From a bacterium (GTDB lineage: Bacteria > Hydrothermota > 32-111), in the NCBI GenBank assembly GCA_050239825.1, contig JBFXGO010000031.1, forward strand, positions 1 through 30,751: DNA of 30,751 nucleotides. The letters run 5' to 3'. A program made the position numbers and the translations under genes. This document shows positions 26,962 to 30,751 of this stretch, one piece after another (within the stretch, counting starts at the first letter, position 1; every line of letters begins with the position of its first letter). A model generated the notes under the pieces. That model was not told the DNA's origin and did not search any database. It saw only the letters and a list, made by a program, of their open reading frames with translations.

Positions 26962-27383
26962 GTGATAAAATAAAATCCTGTCTCGCCAAAATAGACTCAT
27001 CACTCTTCGGAGAACCTGTAAAATATACAAAATCCGCTCTTGGTTCCGTGTGCGATACATCATCCGATTGGAAGGATGTCTTGTCAGTCTATCTTTCAAT
27101 AGAAAATGATATTATAGTTTCAATGGGAGCAAAGTGCGGTCCCTGCGATCCGCATGCATATATAACGCTTTATGCCCTTATGAAGACACTGCCGGGAATC
27201 AGCATCAAGAATTTGGATGCATCTAAAGAGGAGTTGAAGAGAAAGTTTGTAAAAGAATGCGAAATCGAACTCGAGGGAGAGATTCTTGCCCATTATGACA
27301 AAATATTCAGAGTCGTGAGCGAGCTTGTGAATGACTATAGAAATTCAAAACCTGTCTGCCAATGCAAAATCAATTTAAAGTAG
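26958..27383 (+). CDS. Divergent IscU/SufU-like protein
   Basis: ATGA-coupled to the desulfurase. D.L.VYL.IEND.I......CGPC...L...LPG pattern resembles the NifU_N fold. Size 141 aa. Confidence 0.55.
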   Translation: MSDKIKSCLAKIDSSLFGEPVKYTKSALGSVCDTSSDWKDVLSVYLSIENDIIVSMGAKCGPCDPHAYITLYALMKTLPGISIKNLDASKEELKRKFVKECEIELEGEILAHYDKIFRVVSELVNDYRNSKPVCQCKINLK

Positions 27384-27439
27384 AAAAGTAATAAAAATCA
27401 GAGAAAATACATACTATATAAATGGTGCTGGGTATGAGG

Positions 27440-27612
27440 TAAAGAAAGTTGAAAAGTGAAAAAGAAGAGTAAATCATATAAATATTTGTTATGATTTCTT
27501 ATATTTATTACTTCTCTTCTGTTTTACCCCTCAACCTTTTAACTATTTAACCTTTATCCTGTTTTAACCTTTTTACTTTTATACCTTTTCACTCTTTTAC
27601 TTTTCAACTCTC
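27440..27612. repeat. Low-complexity tract of 8-9-nt degenerate repeats with an imperfect inverted arrangement
   Basis: AACCTTTT, AACTATTT, AACCTTTA, TTACTTTT, TACCTTTT units. AGTTGAAAAGT near 27448 pairs with ACTTTTCAACT near 27599. Confidence 0.6.
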
Positions 27613-27617
27613 TATTG

Positions 27618-27798
27618 TGCGAGCCGACGTTAGGCTCGCAATTACTGAACGAAGTGCGAACCTTTTTTGAGCAAGATTTTCTGCCCTAACGGGCAGAAAC
27701 CCGCCGCTTTCTACCCCTGCCGCGCCTTTGGCGCGGAAAACAGACGGGTAAAAATTCCTTGCTTCAGCCCTCCCGTGCGCGGGCGACATCAAGAAATT
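27618..27798. other. GC-rich multi-hairpin element at the left edge of the R-M island (candidate ncRNA or att/end structure)
   Basis: Stems TGCGAGCC/GGCTCGCA, TTTCTGCCC/GGGCAGAAA, TACCC-CTG-CCGCGCC/GGCGCGG-CAG-GGGTA and CCCG/CGGG within very AT-rich flanks. Confidence 0.55.
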
Positions 27799-27905
27799 CC
27801 ATTGACTATTTTTGTTGACTTTTTTCGTTATTTTGTTTATCATTATAAAAGAAAATGAATAAAGTTTAAATTATATTCTATATCTTATAATGTTAAACAA
27901 AAATT

Positions 27906-28112
27906 ATGGGAATGTCAAATAAAATCTCTGATAATCTGGAAAAGCTAAGGGAAAAGAAAGGCTACTCTTTGGAAAAGGTGGCTCGGTTTGCGGATTTGTC
28001 GCTTAATACCGTTGTTACGGTAGAATCCGACGCAAACCCGAACCCTACTATTGAAACACTAACAAGAATCGCCAAAGCATTAGAGGTAGGCGTTGATGAG
28101 TTAATAGAATAA
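27906..28112 (+). CDS. XRE/Cro-C1 HTH regulator (possible R-M controller)
   Basis: NLEKLREKKGYSLEKVA..A.LS..TV..VES...NPTIETL.RIAKALEV.VDEL. Confidence 0.9.
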   Translation: MGMSNKISDNLEKLREKKGYSLEKVARFADLSLNTVVTVESDANPNPTIETLTRIAKALEVGVDELIE

Positions 28113-28114
28113 TT

Positions 28115-30001
28115 ATGCGATTTATTGGCTGTAAAGAAAATTTACTTGGTTTTATAGAAACCTTTGTCAAACAAAAAGACATAAGGGGCAATACATTTTG
28201 CGATCTTTTTGCTGGGACAGGAAGCGTTGCTAAACATTTCAAAAAACTTGGTTATAAAATTATTTCGTCCGACCTTTTATATTTTTCTTATGTCTTGCAA
28301 AAAGTTTATATTGAACAAAATCAATATCCAAAATTTGCGAAATTGTTAAAACATTTAAAAATAAACCCCGTAGAGGAAACACTTTTTACTAGCGATAGCC
28401 AAAGTGCAAAAGAAATAATCAAATATCTTAACAATTTAGAAGGGGTTGAGGGTTTTATTTATAAAAACTACTCACCGGAAGGCACGCAAGGCCAAACAAA
28501 TCCGCGTAAATACTTTACTGGTGATAACGCTAAACGGATTGACGCAATAAGAGAAAAGATTGAAGAATGGAAAAAATCAAACTTACTTAATGAGCAAGAG
28601 TATTTTTTCTTGCTTGGCGCGCTTATTGAAGCAGTGCCATTTGTCGCAAATATCAGCGGGACTTATTCTGCTTTTCTTAAAGAATGGGACAAGCGAGCGT
28701 TTAAGAAACTAACACTTGAAGTGCCAGAAATTATCAAGAGCGATGAAACGCACAAGGTGTTTAATATCAACGGACTAAATGTTTTTGACCAAATAAAAGG
28801 GATTGATATTTTATATCTTGATCCGCCTTACAATGAGCGACAATATGCGCCGAACTATCATATTTTAGAAACTATCGCAAAATGGGACAAGCCAAAGATT
28901 AAAGGCATTACTGGAATGAGGACTTATGAAGATCAAAAATCCGAATTTTGTAATTCAAAATCTGGCATAAAAGCTCTTGGTGAAATTATTAAAAAAAGCG
29001 ATTTCAAACATTTGATTTTAAGTTATAACGACGATGGCATCATACCGGAAAATGAAATATTAAAACTATTTAATAATGCCGGAAAAACCGAAGTGGCAGA
29101 ACAAGATTACCAAAGATACAAAAGTAATAGTAACGGCGATCAGAAAAATGGAGTAAGAGAAAAACTTTATTATCTCAAAAGAATAAACCAGAATAACAAA
29201 CTTAATGATTTAAGCGGTTCGGAGTGGATTTATTTTTTAAATTCGGTTGATGTAACTCATTACTCAACAAAAGGCACGGACGGCTTTGCTCATCATTTGC
29301 GAGGAAAACATCCTTCACCGAAACCGCCTCAATTGATGAAAAAGTTTGTTGATTTTTTCACGAAAGAAAATCAGGTTGTTCTTGATCCGTTTATGGGCGT
29401 TGGCGGAACATTGATCGCTTGCTCATTGTCTAACCGAAAAGGAATCGGTATAGATTTATCAAAAGAATATGTTGATTTATACAAAAAAGTTTGCAAAGAA
29501 CTTAATGTCACCGAACAAACAACGATTGTCGGCAATTCCACAGGAATAGATAAGCTATTAAAGAGGGGCACGACTGTTGATTTTATTCTAACCGATCCGC
29601 CATACGGCGAAATGTTAAGTAATAAACGAACGGGACAAAGAAAAAAGAAAACCGGCGTAGCCGTAGCCACGCCATTTACTAACCATGAAACCGATTTGGG
29701 AAATATGGAGCGGGAAAATTTTCTTGAATCATTAAAAGAAATAATCGCAAAATCGGCAGAATATCTAAAACCGAAAGGATATATCGCTGTTTTTGTAAAA
29801 GATTTACAACCAAAAAATGGCGAGCATAATATGCTCCATGCTTTTATAGCAAATAAATTATTGGAAATTCCAGACATATCTTTTCGGGGTTATAAAATTT
29901 GGTATGACGCAACGCAAAAATTATATCCTTTCGGCTATCCGCACGCTTTCGTTGCTAACCAATTTCATCAATTCGTTATGATATTTCGTAAAGAAAAATA
30001 A
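28115..30001 (+). CDS. Fused double DNA methyltransferase (FokI/NlaIII-like N6-adenine domain plus N4/N6 domain)
   Basis: Domain 1: MRFIGCK, DLFAGTGSV, YLDPPY. Domain 2: HPSPKP, LDPFMGVGGT, LTDPPY. Confidence 0.88.
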   Translation: MRFIGCKENLLGFIETFVKQKDIRGNTFCDLFAGTGSVAKHFKKLGYKIISSDLLYFSYVLQKVYIEQNQYPKFAKLLKHLKINPVEETLFTSDSQSAKEIIKYLNNLEGVEGFIYKNYSPEGTQGQTNPRKYFTGDNAKRIDAIREKIEEWKKSNLLNEQEYFFLLGALIEAVPFVANISGTYSAFLKEWDKRAFKKLTLEVPEIIKSDETHKVFNINGLNVFDQIKGIDILYLDPPYNERQYAPNYHILETIAKWDKPKIKGITGMRTYEDQKSEFCNSKSGIKALGEIIKKSDFKHLILSYNDDGIIPENEILKLFNNAGKTEVAEQDYQRYKSNSNGDQKNGVREKLYYLKRINQNNKLNDLSGSEWIYFLNSVDVTHYSTKGTDGFAHHLRGKHPSPKPPQLMKKFVDFFTKENQVVLDPFMGVGGTLIACSLSNRKGIGIDLSKEYVDLYKKVCKELNVTEQTTIVGNSTGIDKLLKRGTTVDFILTDPPYGEMLSNKRTGQRKKKTGVAVATPFTNHETDLGNMERENFLESLKEIIAKSAEYLKPKGYIAVFVKDLQPKNGEHNMLHAFIANKLLEIPDISFRGYKIWYDATQKLYPFGYPHAFVANQFHQFVMIFRKEK

Positions 30002-30002
30002 C

Positions 30003-30515
30003 ATGAAAAATAATCATTTGTGGATTTTAACCGAAGAAAGACCAAAGCGAGAAGTTGTTGCTAATATTTTGATGATGATTGCGAAAGATCATAAGTTTGC
30101 TTGTTTTATTGATACCATTAGAATTTTACCAATTTTAGAAAACGGCAAATTTTCTTTTCTTTACGAAGTGGTTGGTTTTCACTCAAATAAAATTGGTAAG
30201 GTTTTTATAAAATCCGTCAGTGGTTTTTCCAGCTTCGTTGATTTTTTGATTTTCTTTCAAGAAAAACAACCAACACCAACAGATATACCAATATACGCGA
30301 TTGAAGAAACAAAAACCGATGACAAAGAAAGTAGGAATACTGGCGTTTATCAACGCTCGTCAAAATTTGTTTTCTTTGATTTCTACTATCCGAATGTAAA
30401 AAAATTGATGCTTTATAACTTACAAATAGAGCAAAAAGAAGTGCCAACGGCTACATATATTTTTGGCACGCGATTATTATTGACTCTTGGCGTTGAAATA
30501 CTTGGTAAAAAACTA
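30003..30515 (+). pseudogene. Putative PD-(D/E)xK restriction endonuclease, interrupted by IS630
   Basis: VDFL...AIEETK catalytic-type motif directly after the MTase. The reading frame enters IS sequence at CTAG (30513-30516) and stops at 30530. Confidence 0.7.
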
Positions 30516-30751
30516 GTGTGGTGTCTCTAACAGTTCTTGACATTTGAGATTTTTTTAAGGATAGACTCGACAGAGGCTGTCCAGATAAAGACTTTTGGGT
30601 TTTGATTATGGTTATCGATATACCTGTTAATTGTATTTATAAGCTCTTTGAGGTTTTTGAATGAGCCTCGGCGTATCCTTTTACAGGTGATTTCAGAGAA
30701 CCATCTCTCAACGAGATTGAGCCATGAGCTTGATGTCGGAGTGAAATGAAG
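30516..30751 (-). mobile_element. IS630-family element, right end and transposase C-terminus (runs off the window)
   Basis: Minus-strand 30751-30527 translates LHFTPTSSSWLNLVERWFSEITCKRIRRGSF...HNQNPKVFIWTAS, with the SWLN.VE signature. Ends at a TA within CTAG. Confidence 0.92.

Noticed and set aside
27604..27858. ORFs 27604-27843 (-) and 27667-27858 (+), or a tRNA in this stretch
   Set aside because: No RBS or recognisable domain, and openness is explained by GC-rich hairpins. No cloverleaf with D and T arms can be drawn.

Overview
Bacterial chromosome segment. Core genes are moderately AT-rich and three accessory blocks are more AT-rich. A T9SS-type C-terminal tail suggests an FCB-group or WOR-3/TA06-like host; this is inference only. 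Left to right: (1) the 5' end of tuf with the thrU-tyrU-glyT-thrT tRNA cluster; (2) a patch of IS remnants (IS256 stub, internally deleted IS3) around a secreted LVIVD beta-propeller gene whose near-identical 126-bp repeats carry two hypervariable codon clusters; (3) two orphan membrane proteins and rpsU-cvpA-mutS2; (4) an EcoP15I-like Type III R-M operon with a Schlafen/AlbA_2-HATPase-HTH gene between mod and res; (5) a VOC pseudogene, then recR-ybaB-dnaX and a very short SRP RNA; (6) the operon rnr-guaB-prsW-YD-repeat protein-LiaF-like; (7) a SAM methyltransferase, a hemolysin III protein and a divergent SufS/SufU-like pair; (8) a GC-rich multi-hairpin element, an XRE regulator, a fused two-domain DNA methyltransferase and a restriction endonuclease cut by an IS630 insertion at the window edge. 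The best leads are the hypervariable repeat propeller, the Schlafen gene inside the Type III R-M operon, the structured element heading the second R-M island, and three apparently leaderless transcripts. All family calls come from motif recognition by eye; no searches were run.
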